Shown here in pieces: positions 9,183 through 17,689 of a DNA stretch of 64,000 nt. This DNA comes from a phage. Made by a program: the position numbers and the translations under genes. Under the pieces are notes generated by a model. It made no database searches. It had not been told where the DNA came from and saw nothing but the letters and a program-made list of their open reading frames with translations. Within the stretch, counting starts at the first letter, position 1. The number at the start of each line of letters is the position of its first letter. The stretch is taken from the sequence record PX418922.1; one strand, written 5' to 3'.

Positions 9183-9265
9183 GATGAGTTGGCTGAATGG
9201 TTTAAGCGGCGGACTGTTAATCCGTGTTCGAAAGAACGATATAGGTTCAAATCCTATACTCATCG
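9183..9265 (+). tRNA. type II (long-arm) tRNA, anticodon loop reads CTGTTAA (GTT by position; identity uncertain)
   Basis: Acceptor GATGAGT/ACTCATC, 3-bp D-stem, variable-arm hairpin GTTC-GAAA-GAAC, T-loop TTCAAAT, CCA encoded; a GTT anticodon with a long extra arm is atypical. Confidence 0.5.
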
Positions 9266-9275
9266 CCAGAATTAT

Positions 9276-9351
9276 GGACTTGTAGAGTTAAGGTAAACCC
9301 CCAGTCGCCAAGAGGCTTCTGGAATTGCAGGTATCGAATCCTGCCGAGTCC
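9276..9351 (+). tRNA. tRNA-like element (degenerate; possible pseudo-tRNA)
   Basis: Acceptor GGACTTG/CGAGTCC and T-arm-like GCAGG-TATCGAAT-CCTGC (8-nt loop) present but no canonical anticodon arm; no CCA. Confidence 0.3.
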
Positions 9352-9358
9352 CAGCTTT

Positions 9359-9430
9359 GCTCCTATAGTATAATGGCTATTACAACGGTTTTGTAATCCG
9401 TGGATCTCTGTTCGATTCAGAGTGGGAGCA
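9359..9430 (+). tRNA. tRNA-Thr (anticodon TGT), tentative
   Basis: Acceptor GCTCCTA/TGGGAGC, T-arm CTCTG-TTCGATT-CAGAG, CCA encoded; anticodon stem has a T-T at the loop-closing pair. Confidence 0.5.
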
Positions 9431-9707
9431 CCAACACAACATTAAGAGCACTGTGATTGATCGTCGTATCCTGTGCACAAGGTCTGTTCGAAAGACAGTG
9501 TTCTTAGTATTGTGTTGATCACACAAAAAGAGTTACCTGAAACTTGACCGGAGTAGGGTTGGATGGGGCAAAAGAAGAAGCGGCTCTCCCATCGACAGCA
9601 AGAAGAATAATATTTGACTTTGGTTTTGTATTATTTTAAGTTAGCTTACCGAACGTAGGGCTAGTCACCCAACGGGATACTCGTCACTGTCCCACTCAAT
9701 AAAACTA

Positions 9708-9737
9708 TTGACAACCAATAGTAAAATGTAGTATAGT
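9708..9737 (+). promoter_or_regulatory. sigma70-like promoter (TTGACA-N18-TATAGT)
   Basis: CTATTGACAA family member upstream of tRNA at 9749. Confidence 0.5.
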
Positions 9738-9748
9738 AAAGATGTAGG

Positions 9749-9819
9749 GCGTTCTTGGTGTAGCGGTAGCATTCCGTCCTTCCAAGTCGGCGGCACGAGT
9801 TCGATCCTCGTAGAACGCT
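9749..9819 (+). tRNA. tRNA-Gly (anticodon TCC), tentative
   Basis: Acceptor GCGTTCT/AGAACGC, T-arm ACGAG-TTCGATC-CTCGT, anticodon loop CTTCCAA, CCA encoded; one mismatch in anticodon stem. Confidence 0.5.
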
Positions 9820-9920
9820 CCAAATTATTTAATAAAGGGTTGCCAGAAAACTTTCTCTTTTACTCATGGTTTTCTCCTTCTCTCACACCTCTTCTGGTTG
9901 CCCTTCATTAAATGATTTAT

Positions 9921-9993
9921 TGGTTTGTAGTGTAGTCAGGTAGCACACGACACTTTGACTGTCGTAGGTTTGGTTCAAATCCAGACAGACCAG
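9921..9993 (+). tRNA. tRNA-Gln (anticodon TTG)
   Basis: Acceptor TGGTTTG/CAGACCA, anticodon stem CGACA/TGTCG with loop CTTTGAC, T-loop TTCAAAT, CCA encoded. Confidence 0.7.
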
Positions 9994-10001
9994 CCATATA
10001 A

Positions 10002-10075
10002 CGGAATTTAGCTCAGTTTGGTAGAGCATACGCTTTGGGAGCGTAGGGTCGCAGGTTCGAATCCTGCAATTCCGA
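10002..10075 (+). tRNA. tRNA-Pro (anticodon TGG)
   Basis: C1-G72 acceptor (CGGAATT/AATTCCG) as usual for bacterial tRNA-Pro, anticodon stem TACGC/GCGTA with loop TTTGGGA, T-loop TTCGAAT, CCA encoded. Confidence 0.7.
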
Positions 10076-10084
10076 CCAATTTAA

Positions 10085-10155
10085 TGTTTCGTAGTTCAAT
10101 GGTAGAACCCACGACTGATAATCGTGAGACACAAGTTCGATTCTTGTCGAAACAA
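10085..10155 (+). tRNA. tRNA-Ile (anticodon GAT)
   Basis: Acceptor TGTTTCG/CGAAACA, anticodon stem CACGA/TCGTG with loop CTGATAA, T-arm ACAAG-TTCGATT-CTTGT, CCA encoded. Confidence 0.65.
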
Positions 10156-10160
10156 CCAGT

Positions 10161-10230
10161 TTCCCGTTAGACTTACAGGATAAGAGTTCCACAGCTTATT
10201 GTGATGCTGGTTCGAATCCAGCACGGGATA
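10161..10230 (+). tRNA. tRNA-like element, anticodon arm not resolvable
   Basis: Acceptor (1-72 mismatch) and canonical T-arm GCTGG-TTCGAAT-CCAGC present; anticodon arm could not be folded by hand; no CCA. Confidence 0.3.
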
Positions 10231-10236
10231 CCTAAT

Positions 10237-10312
10237 AGCGGGATAGAGGAGTCTGGTCGTCCTCGCCAGTTTCATATGCTGGAGATCATTGGTTCAAATC
10301 CAATTCCCGCCT
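10237..10312 (+). tRNA. tRNA with CAT anticodon (Met, initiator or Ile2-type)
   Basis: Anticodon stem CCAGT/GCTGG with loop TTCATAT, D-stem GAGG/CCTC, T-arm ATTGG-TTCAAAT-CCAAT, CCA encoded; A1-C72 mismatch at acceptor end. Confidence 0.6.
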
Positions 10313-10430
10313 CCAAATATCGCTTGCCAGCGGTATCTTTGAAGACCTTGCCTGGTTCCTTCTAAGAGGAGGGGTGCGACTCCTTAACGCACAATTATAA
10401 TAAAGCATTTCAAATTAACAGTATTTATTA

Positions 10431-10453
10431 GCCTCCTTATTGGAGGCTTTTTG
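10431..10453 (+). terminator. rho-independent terminator ending the tRNA cluster
   Basis: GCCTCC-TTATT-GGAGGC hairpin followed by TTTTT. Confidence 0.65.
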
Positions 10454-10471
10454 CTATCTATTGAATAAAAC

Positions 10472-10500
10472 TTGACTTATTATTTTTTATATGTTAAGAT
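10472..10500 (+). promoter_or_regulatory. sigma70-like promoter (TTGACT-N17-TAAGAT)
   Basis: Consensus-like -35/-10 about 20 nt upstream of RBS AGGAGG of the 10522 ORF. Confidence 0.5.
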
Positions 10501-10521
10501 AAAGTTTAGGAGGATTTTATT

Positions 10522-10818
10522 ATGCCTAAACTAAAACGTGGTCGTGGAAGACCAACAGCCGAAATGCAACAGATTTACGCAATGGATGCGGCGCAAGCAA
10601 GTGTAAAAGAATTATTTGCAGAGCATTATTTAGAAGCTATGCGGTATATTGTTGAACTTGTTAATGATAAGGATGCAGCAAAACCTCTCCGCTTCCAAGC
10701 AGCTAAAGCTATTAAAGAGCAAGTAGAAGAATGGTTAGAAGAACATTATGAAGCTATGGAAGAAGAAACCCCTGCCGTGCAGAATACAGATGACGTTCCT
10801 AAAAAGATCGTAATCTAA
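10522..10818 (+). CDS. hypothetical DNA-binding protein (AT-hook-like N-terminus); small terminase candidate
   Basis: PKLKRGRGRPT motif at N-terminus; lies upstream of large terminase; assignment by position only. Confidence 0.35.
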   Translation: MPKLKRGRGRPTAEMQQIYAMDAAQASVKELFAEHYLEAMRYIVELVNDKDAAKPLRFQAAKAIKEQVEEWLEEHYEAMEEETPAVQNTDDVPKKIVI

Positions 10819-10867
10819 TCCCTCTCCTCTCTTGGGGCTTTGCCCCTCCTCCTTGTTATTTTTAACA

Positions 10868-10902
10868 CCCCTCTCCGAAAGGTTAGGGGCTTTTTTATTT
10901 TT
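10868..10902 (+). terminator. rho-independent terminator
   Basis: CCCCT...AGGGG hairpin followed by CTTTTTTATTTTT. Confidence 0.55.
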
Positions 10903-10948
10903 AATGCTTGCAATTGTATATCATTTTATGATAAGATCAGATATGAGG

Positions 10949-11119
10949 AGGATAAAATATGCGCAATTTTGTAGTTAAAAATGATTTTAACCGTTCTTCT
11001 TATCATAAAGATAAAAAGAATGATTACACACGGGTTTGGAACTTGGAGGAAGAACTTTATGATGACAGAGAAGACTTGGGAAGAGATCCTAGCGGAGGCT
11101 CAACCAATGGAAGTGAAGA
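10949..11119 (+). CDS. small protein (56 aa), not in ORF track
   Basis: ATG at 10949 preceded by GAGGAGGATAAAAT; hand translation MRNFVVKND...GSEEDS; overlaps another small frame. Confidence 0.35.
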
Positions 11120-11196
11120 AGATAGTTAACAACGCCCCTTCTCTTCCTAAAATAAAATTTTATGAGGAAGTAGAAGATAATGAATCTAAAGACTAA
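11059..11196 (+). CDS. small protein (45 aa)
   Basis: Internal ATGATG of track ORF 10981-11196 preceded by GGAGGAAG. Confidence 0.3.
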   Translation: MMTEKTWEEILAEAQPMEVKKIVNNAPSLPKIKFYEEVEDNESKD

Positions 11197-11572
11197 AACT
11201 GTATTAAGTTTTGTTTTAATTGTTGTTCTTATTCTTGCCGGAATGTTTGCTTATAACAAGATACGTGAGTCTGGCTACAAAGATGGTGTTGCCTATCAAA
11301 CGCAAGTATATCAAGCAGCCCAAGCAAAAGCAAAACAAGATTTTGATGTTCTTCAAAAAAGAGCAGATGAAGAAAGAGCATTATTAAATACTCAAATAAA
11401 CAACTTGTCTAAAAACAATGCACAATTAAAAGCAGATTTAGAGAAGAAGAAACAAACGATCAATGAGGATACAACGAATTATGCAAAAACTAATTCTGGC
11501 AGTATGTCTTGCTTTGCCCCTAATGATGACGGGTTGTTCATCATCAACAAAAGTTTCCCCAGTTCTTATTGA
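11180..11572 (+). CDS. i-spanin-like protein (N-terminal TM helix, coiled-coil periplasmic domain)
   Basis: Hydrophobic segment VLSFVLIVVLILAGMFAY, then charged helical region; partly overlaps the downstream lipoprotein gene. Confidence 0.5.
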   Translation: MNLKTKTVLSFVLIVVLILAGMFAYNKIRESGYKDGVAYQTQVYQAAQAKAKQDFDVLQKRADEERALLNTQINNLSKNNAQLKADLEKKKQTINEDTTNYAKTNSGSMSCFAPNDDGLFIINKSFPSSY

Positions 11573-11807
11573 TGAGTGTAAGGCTGTAGCCATAGAAAAG
11601 GTTAAAGGTCCAGATTCGGACTTGATGGATAAAGTATCGACACCTGTGCCATACACTAAAAATCAAATTGCAAAAGGGGTTAGTAGATCTGAAGTTGTTA
11701 ACAACCAAACTCAAAACAATGCTCTTTGGGAGCAAGATAGACGAAAGGTTCTAGGTTTACAAACATATATTAAAACACTGCAAGAAAAAGGTATTATTGC
11801 TGAATAA
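11463..11807 (+). CDS. o-spanin-like outer-membrane lipoprotein
   Basis: Signal peptide ending in lipobox-like LMMTGC; gene starts inside 11180-11572 in another frame (Rz/Rz1-type arrangement). Confidence 0.5.
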   Translation: MRIQRIMQKLILAVCLALPLMMTGCSSSTKVSPVLIDECKAVAIEKVKGPDSDLMDKVSTPVPYTKNQIAKGVSRSEVVNNQTQNNALWEQDRRKVLGLQTYIKTLQEKGIIAE

Positions 11808-11816
11808 GGAGGGAGT

Positions 11817-13892
11817 GTGGCAAAGAAAAAGGCAGCAGGTAGTTTAGCTGGAGTAGATATTGAAGTAAAGGCTCAACCAGGTAAACAGACTCTTGCAATG
11901 GATTTAATGCCAGAAGTTATGATTTATGGTGGTGCCGCTGGATGTGTTTCGGCTGAAACGGAATATCTTACAAAAGATGGTTGGAGGCAGATTAGTGAAT
12001 ATTCGGGAGAGGATATTTACCAATACAATCCTAAGAATAAGCGTTTAGAATTGGTAACACCTTATTTTGTAGAATATGATTTAAATGGAGATAACCTATA
12101 CAGAATAACAAATGGTGTAGGATTGTTCCAAGAACTTAGTATGGAACACCGTTTTGTATTCTATAAGAAAAAGAAATCAAAGAAACATTTCGAGATTCTT
12201 GTAGGAGATCTTATTGCATTACAGCAAATAGGAAAACCCCTGCAAGGTTATGTAGAAAATCCATTCGGTAAACGTGTTCCTTTTAACATACCTGGTAAAA
12301 AGAGCACTTACTTAAAAATACACGAGGTTATTTCAACAGATGATAAGAAATATTGTTTTGAGACTCCAAGCAGCTATATTGTCTTTAGACGTGGCGATCA
12401 CTGCTTCGTTACTGGGAATAGCGGCAAGTCTCGTCTGCTATTGCTGAAAGCTTTAAAATACGCCTACAAAGACCCTTTGTTTGGTGGAATACTTTTCCGT
12501 AAGAACACCACTGCTCACCGTAAACCAGGTGGTCTGTTTACAGAAGCAAAACGTTTGTATCTTCCTTTACAACCACACGTAAAAGAAAGTACAATGGATA
12601 TCATTTTTGAAGCCACTGGTGGCGGAACCCTCAAATTTGACCATTTGGAAAATGATAACGTAACAGCAGAAACAAACCATCAGGGTACACAGTATTCAAT
12701 GGTAGGTTTTGACGAGTTAACCCACTTCACACAATATGAAATGCTCTATCTTCTAGGACGTATGCGTTCAGAGTCAGAAACAAGTTTCATGTTGTGCACA
12801 TGTAACCCTGACGCAGATAGTTGGGTTTTGAATTGGGTGTTACCTTATCTTGATGAGGGTGGTTATCCTAGAGAAGATATGTGTGGTAAACAAAAATATT
12901 TCATCATTGTTAACGATGAACCTGTTTTTGCTGACACACCTGAAGAACTGAAAGAAAAATATCCAGAAAACTGTTTCATGGAAAACCCTAATACAGGGGA
13001 GACAGTTGTTATTGAACCACAAACTTTCGTATTTATTGGTGGGACAATATTTGATAACCCAGAACTCATTAGGCTTAACCCTAATTACTTAGCACAGCTT
13101 AAATCACAAACAGCGATCAAAAGAGCACAGCTTCTGGACGGTTGTTGGTTTGCACGTATCCAGAAAGAATCTTTCTTTCAGCGTGAATGGTTACATAAAA
13201 TATCTTATAAAGATGTTCCTAACAATCTTAAACTAATGCGAGCATGGGATAAAGCTGTTTCAGTTCCTACAGAAACTTACCGTTATCCAGACTATACAAC
13301 ATCTGTCAAAATGGGTAAAGACCAAGATGGTAATATCTACATCTTTGGCGATTATGATTATGATGCTGTGGATGAGAAAAGTAAAATTTTCGGAAGGTTT
13401 CGAAGACTACCTGGGGAAAGGGATAACCTGATTCTAAATCAATGTAAAATTGATGGACCAGAAGTTACAGTAGTGCTTCCTAAAGACCCATCTGGTGCTG
13501 GGACAATAGAATACACAGAGTCTGCAAAGAAACTTATTCTAGAGGGTTTTGTTGTTAAACCAGATGCTATGCCAGGTAACAAGAAAAAGCTTCAGCGTTT
13601 CATGCCTTTTAGTAGTGCGTGTCAAAACGGTTTTGTTTATATTGTTGAAGATTCTTTCCCTAATGTGGAGACTTTAACCCACTTTTATAAAGAATTGGAA
13701 TCTTTCAATGGTGAAAGATCTACAGCCACTATTAAAGATGACATTCCCGATGCTGCTGCCTCTTGTTTTAATACTCTATCAAAAGAGAATACTTTCAAAG
13801 CAGTAGCTATCCCTACAACAACAAATGCTCCTACAGGATACAGTAGAATGAACAGCGGATTTCACCAACCGTATAGTGTCCGTAAAAGATAA
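11817..13892 (+). CDS. terminase large subunit, interrupted by an in-frame mini-intein
   Basis: Position ahead of portal and head genes; Walker A GAAGSGKS is reconstituted only when residues 43-201 are removed; 691 aa. Confidence 0.8.
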   Translation: MAKKKAAGSLAGVDIEVKAQPGKQTLAMDLMPEVMIYGGAAGCVSAETEYLTKDGWRQISEYSGEDIYQYNPKNKRLELVTPYFVEYDLNGDNLYRITNGVGLFQELSMEHRFVFYKKKKSKKHFEILVGDLIALQQIGKPLQGYVENPFGKRVPFNIPGKKSTYLKIHEVISTDDKKYCFETPSSYIVFRRGDHCFVTGNSGKSRLLLLKALKYAYKDPLFGGILFRKNTTAHRKPGGLFTEAKRLYLPLQPHVKESTMDIIFEATGGGTLKFDHLENDNVTAETNHQGTQYSMVGFDELTHFTQYEMLYLLGRMRSESETSFMLCTCNPDADSWVLNWVLPYLDEGGYPREDMCGKQKYFIIVNDEPVFADTPEELKEKYPENCFMENPNTGETVVIEPQTFVFIGGTIFDNPELIRLNPNYLAQLKSQTAIKRAQLLDGCWFARIQKESFFQREWLHKISYKDVPNNLKLMRAWDKAVSVPTETYRYPDYTTSVKMGKDQDGNIYIFGDYDYDAVDEKSKIFGRFRRLPGERDNLILNQCKIDGPEVTVVLPKDPSGAGTIEYTESAKKLILEGFVVKPDAMPGNKKKLQRFMPFSSACQNGFVYIVEDSFPNVETLTHFYKELESFNGERSTATIKDDIPDAAASCFNTLSKENTFKAVAIPTTTNAPTGYSRMNSGFHQPYSVRKR
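11943..12419 (+). mobile_element. mini-intein (159 aa, Hint domain without obvious homing-endonuclease domain) in the terminase P-loop
   Basis: Starts with Cys (CVSAETEY...), block B-like SMEHRF, ends ...FVTGN, followed by Ser; flanking exteins IYGGAAG + SGKSRLLLL form a canonical P-loop. Confidence 0.6.
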
Positions 13893-13895
13893 TTG

Positions 13896-13924
13896 TTGAC
13901 AAAAGTCACTTTAAAGTGTATTAT
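13896..13924 (+). promoter_or_regulatory. sigma70-like promoter (TTGACA-N17-TATTAT)
   Basis: Between terminase and portal genes. Confidence 0.45.
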
Positions 13925-13993
13925 AACTAGATAGGTGAGGTTGTATATAATACAGCCTTGCCTTAACGATTTTATACCTGACTGGAGGAACAA

Positions 13994-15559
13994 GTGTCAA
14001 CAGGAAAAAGAACGTACACTAAAAAGTCAGAATACTGGGACAAAGGTGCTGCAAATAAAGCTGCTCTCTCTCCAACAAAAGAGGCAGAGAAAGAGAAAAC
14101 GTTACTCCTGTCACCTGAAATAGGAACGATCGGATTAAACTCAATCAAAGCATTTACGAATTTCATGCAACCTTATGAGACTCGTTTCCCAGAATGTATT
14201 CGCACTTTTAAAGAGATGGGTGAAGACCCTGATGTAGCTACTGCTCTTGACGCTACATATATCTTTGTAGACAGAGCATTTTTTGATTTCAAGATAAAAT
14301 ACAATGTAAACTCGGCAAAGTCAAGAAAAGCTGCTAAGTTTATTGATTACATGTTACGCAATATGCAAGCCCCTCTACGTCAATATGTTAGATCACTTTT
14401 GACATATAAGCAATATGGTTTTGCATTCGCAGAGAAAGTTTATGAGTTGGATGAAGATCCTAAAAGTCCTTACTTTGGGTATTGGCGATTGACCAAACTG
14501 GCTTTTAGACCACAAGACACTCTTCACATGGCTCAACCTTTTACATATTCGGCAGACGGACGTTCTATTCTATCTGTTAACCAGAATATCACCAATACGA
14601 TGTTAGCTCCAGGTAATACAACTTTAGAAACTGGTATTAAAGAAATTCCTTTCAGTAAAGTTTTATTTGTTGGTAGCAACATTACAGAGAATAACCCACT
14701 AGGAGTTAGTCCGCTTTTAGCTGTATATCGTAGCTGGCGTGAAAAATCTCTTATTCAGGAATTTGAGGTTATTGGGGTATCTAAAGATTTAGGTGGTATG
14801 CCAGTTCTTAAGGTTCCAAGTGACATTCTAAACAGGGCATCTTTAGATCCTGCTGGGGATGAAGCACAATCTCTTCGAGTTCTCCAAGCCAACATCGCTA
14901 ACCTGCACTCTGGTGAGCAAGCCTACATGGTATTGCCTTCAGACGTTTATGAAGGCACAGTGATGCGTCAATACGATCTTGTATTCCAAGGTGTTGATGG
15001 CACAGGTAAACAGTTTGACACTCAAGCACTAATCAAACAACGCAAGCTAGATATTTATAACCGCTTTGGTGCGGGTGTGTTGATTATGGGTGATGGTGAT
15101 GCAGGAAGTTTTGCGCTTTCTGACAACAAACAAACACTATTGTCTCATTTTATTGAGCGAGATGTAGATATTGTTGTAGAAGCTATAAACTCTCAACTGA
15201 TCCCTCAAACACTACGACTAAACAATATCTTCCTTTCTGATGAAGATATGCCTAAGTTTGTCAGTGGTGAAATGGGTGATCCTGATATTGAAGTAAATGC
15301 TAAAGCTATTCAGCAGTTGGTAGCCTCTGGTGCAATACCTTTAACCCCAGAAGTTATTAACGAGTTCCTTGAAAAAATTGGTTTTGAATATCGTATCCCT
15401 GACGATATTGTTGCCAATAAAGAGAAATTCTTTGAATTCATGGATAACTATATGCCTGACAAAACTTCACGATCAGGAGATGGTTTAGCTACAGCGGGAA
15501 CTGGAACGTCTGATACTGTTTCTGCTTTAGATCCTTCAGCACAAAACCTGTCGAATTAA
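13994..15559 (+). CDS. portal protein (by position and size)
   Basis: 521-aa ORF directly after terminase, GTG start preceded by GGAGGA; no motif recognised. Confidence 0.55.
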   Translation: MSTGKRTYTKKSEYWDKGAANKAALSPTKEAEKEKTLLLSPEIGTIGLNSIKAFTNFMQPYETRFPECIRTFKEMGEDPDVATALDATYIFVDRAFFDFKIKYNVNSAKSRKAAKFIDYMLRNMQAPLRQYVRSLLTYKQYGFAFAEKVYELDEDPKSPYFGYWRLTKLAFRPQDTLHMAQPFTYSADGRSILSVNQNITNTMLAPGNTTLETGIKEIPFSKVLFVGSNITENNPLGVSPLLAVYRSWREKSLIQEFEVIGVSKDLGGMPVLKVPSDILNRASLDPAGDEAQSLRVLQANIANLHSGEQAYMVLPSDVYEGTVMRQYDLVFQGVDGTGKQFDTQALIKQRKLDIYNRFGAGVLIMGDGDAGSFALSDNKQTLLSHFIERDVDIVVEAINSQLIPQTLRLNNIFLSDEDMPKFVSGEMGDPDIEVNAKAIQQLVASGAIPLTPEVINEFLEKIGFEYRIPDDIVANKEKFFEFMDNYMPDKTSRSGDGLATAGTGTSDTVSALDPSAQNLSN

Positions 15560-15587
15560 AAATATTTAATATTTTTTAATTTTTCTA

Positions 15588-15616
15588 TTGACAAAACAAC
15601 AAATATCCTGTAGACT
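15588..15616 (+). promoter_or_regulatory. sigma70-like promoter (TTGACA-N17-TAGACT)
   Basis: CTATTGACAA family member between portal and head genes. Confidence 0.45.
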
Positions 15617-15652
15617 AAGATTTATGGGATATCTGTTTTTAAGAGGTTTCAA

Positions 15653-16132
15653 ATGGAACTCAATAAAGATACACTGTGGGAACTCTTCAAAACCTTCGCT
15701 GGTTTTAAAGAGAATTCTGAATCCCAACAAGATTCTATACCATCTCAAAAACCTGAAACTCTAGTCAAACAAAATAAATTTGATGAAGAAAAGATGCAGG
15801 TTATTGAGGTCTTGTATTGTCCACCTGAAGAAGACGATCTCCACGGAGAGCGCATGTCTGATTTGGAAATCAGGAAGATGGTTGACAACTTCAATGAGAA
15901 TATTACCAACATTAGTGGTAATCTTGGTCACATGAAGAACACCGATAAGTTTTCTCCAATTAAAGCTTGGGTAAATGAAGTCGATTGTTACATTGGTGAC
16001 GAACTCGTTGTGGAAGGAACTCCCCTCGTTAAAATCCAATTCAACGACCCTGAATTATATCAAGCTCGTAAAGACGGCGTTCTTAAAGGTTTGAGTATAG
16101 GCGCAATGGGCGTTAAAGTCAAGAAGGACTAA
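15653..16132 (+). CDS. head morphogenesis protein (possible prohead protease or scaffold partner)
   Basis: Position between portal and scaffold-like gene. Confidence 0.35.
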   Translation: MELNKDTLWELFKTFAGFKENSESQQDSIPSQKPETLVKQNKFDEEKMQVIEVLYCPPEEDDLHGERMSDLEIRKMVDNFNENITNISGNLGHMKNTDKFSPIKAWVNEVDCYIGDELVVEGTPLVKIQFNDPELYQARKDGVLKGLSIGAMGVKVKKD

Positions 16133-16134
16133 TC

Positions 16135-17250
16135 GTGGCAAATACATATTTAACTAACGTAGACTTTTCTGGAAAAGCTACGGAAGAGTCACTAGGTGCT
16201 CATATTGCTTACACTTTTGATTTTCAAGGTGGAGCGGCATCTGGTTACAATACCCCCCTTTTATTTAAGTCAGACGGATCTCCAGACATAACTTTTGAAA
16301 AGTTAGAAGCTCTCACTAAAATGGGAGAAGATGTTACAGAGTTACGTAAAAGCTATATTCAACAAGTGATGGATCGCATTTCTGAAAAAGTGCGTGAAAA
16401 ATTTGAAGCTGGTTGGGATTGGGTTTACGTTATTGATGCTGACTTCGATGCGAACGTTGCAATTTTCTGTTCAGATAACGGTATGTTCTCTGTTGGCTTT
16501 AAAGTTGACGGACTGAATGTTGAAGTTGAAGAGGTTGCTAAACCTGTTGTTCGTGTTACTGATTATCAAGTTGTTGATGGTGATGTAATGATCTCCATTG
16601 ATTTCTTTGAGGACGTTTTAGACGATGCTTTGAGTAATCTCGTTAAGAGTTCCTTGAAACAAAGTCAAGTTAAAGATTATTTAGTGAAAGCTCACGCTAA
16701 AGCTAATACAAACTCTGTGGATGCAGAGGCTAACCCCGCAGGTGATAAATCTGCAAACACAACTGGAATCAATAAAGGAGAAACCCCTTTGGAAAATATC
16801 AACAAAGAAGAATTCCTGAAATCTGCTGAATTCCAAGAACTGATGAAAGCACAGATCGCTGAAGCTGTAGAAAAAGCAGCAGCAGATGCACGTGCAGCCG
16901 CAGAACTTGAAGCACAGGAAAAAATCGCTAAGGCAGAACAGGAAGCAGAAGAACTTCGTAAAGCTGAACAAGCTCGTATCGAAGAAGAATATACAACTGT
17001 TGTTAAATCCTATTCTTTCGTAGAAGAAGACAAAGTTGAAGCTCTCGTTAAATATCTGGTAGACAATAAAGATATCGCTGAAACTATCGTCAAAGCATTC
17101 GAAAAAGCACGTGCAGAAGTGGACGCAGTTAAGAAAGAATTTGGAACAGAACGTGGTGTTGACGTGATCAATACTCAACCTGTAGCTAAATCTTCTTCTG
17201 AACTGATTAGTCAGAAAGCTGCTGAACTTAAAAAAGCCCAGAAACAATAA
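16135..17250 (+). CDS. head scaffolding-like protein
   Basis: Ala/Glu/Lys-rich coiled-coil segment AAELEAQEKIAKAEQEAEELRKAEQARIEEE; position upstream of decoration and capsid genes. Confidence 0.5.
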   Translation: MANTYLTNVDFSGKATEESLGAHIAYTFDFQGGAASGYNTPLLFKSDGSPDITFEKLEALTKMGEDVTELRKSYIQQVMDRISEKVREKFEAGWDWVYVIDADFDANVAIFCSDNGMFSVGFKVDGLNVEVEEVAKPVVRVTDYQVVDGDVMISIDFFEDVLDDALSNLVKSSLKQSQVKDYLVKAHAKANTNSVDAEANPAGDKSANTTGINKGETPLENINKEEFLKSAEFQELMKAQIAEAVEKAAADARAAAELEAQEKIAKAEQEAEELRKAEQARIEEEYTTVVKSYSFVEEDKVEALVKYLVDNKDIAETIVKAFEKARAEVDAVKKEFGTERGVDVINTQPVAKSSSELISQKAAELKKAQKQ

Positions 17251-17269
17251 TCTTAGGAGATTAAATTAA

Positions 17270-17668
17270 ATGGCTAAAGGAATTACTTTATCTAACTCTC
17301 GCCAGGAATTCGGACACCTGGTTCTGGGTGGAGTGTTTAGCTCTGACCTTGGACACTGTGTACGTGAAGTTAACCTGGTTAAAACAGCAACCATGAAAAT
17401 TGGTTCTATCCTGAAAGCTGACAACACTGAAGCTGCTAAAGCTGAAGCTGCCGATGCTGCTAAAGTTCTGATTTGGACTGATGCTCTGTTCGGTATTGAC
17501 GATGTAGCAGTAGGTGACACTTTCACCGCAGTTGTTGGCGTACGTGATCTTACTCTGAACCGCTTTGCAGTATACTACAAAGATGGCTCCCTGGTAGATG
17601 ACGCTGGCGTAGCAGCACTGGAAACACATGATCTGAAACTGACCGAAAAAGTCGTTTTCACTTCTTAA
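17270..17668 (+). CDS. head decoration protein (lambda gpD-like)
   Basis: About 130 aa, sits directly upstream of the capsid gene as D does before E in lambda; similarity judged from memory. Confidence 0.55.
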   Translation: MAKGITLSNSRQEFGHLVLGGVFSSDLGHCVREVNLVKTATMKIGSILKADNTEAAKAEAADAAKVLIWTDALFGIDDVAVGDTFTAVVGVRDLTLNRFAVYYKDGSLVDDAGVAALETHDLKLTEKVVFTS

Positions 17669-17689
17669 TTTTAATAGGAGATTAATATA

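Noticed and set aside
8392-10312. Possible CRISPR array or integrase/attP site next to the tRNA cluster
   Set aside because: No regularly spaced identical direct repeats and no integrase or recombinase-like ORF anywhere in the window; the tRNAs are phage-encoded genes behind their own promoters
16681-17247. 188-aa minus-strand ORF
   Set aside because: Antisense to the scaffold gene; Cys/Phe-rich low-complexity translation mirroring the Glu/Ala/Lys codons of the sense strand
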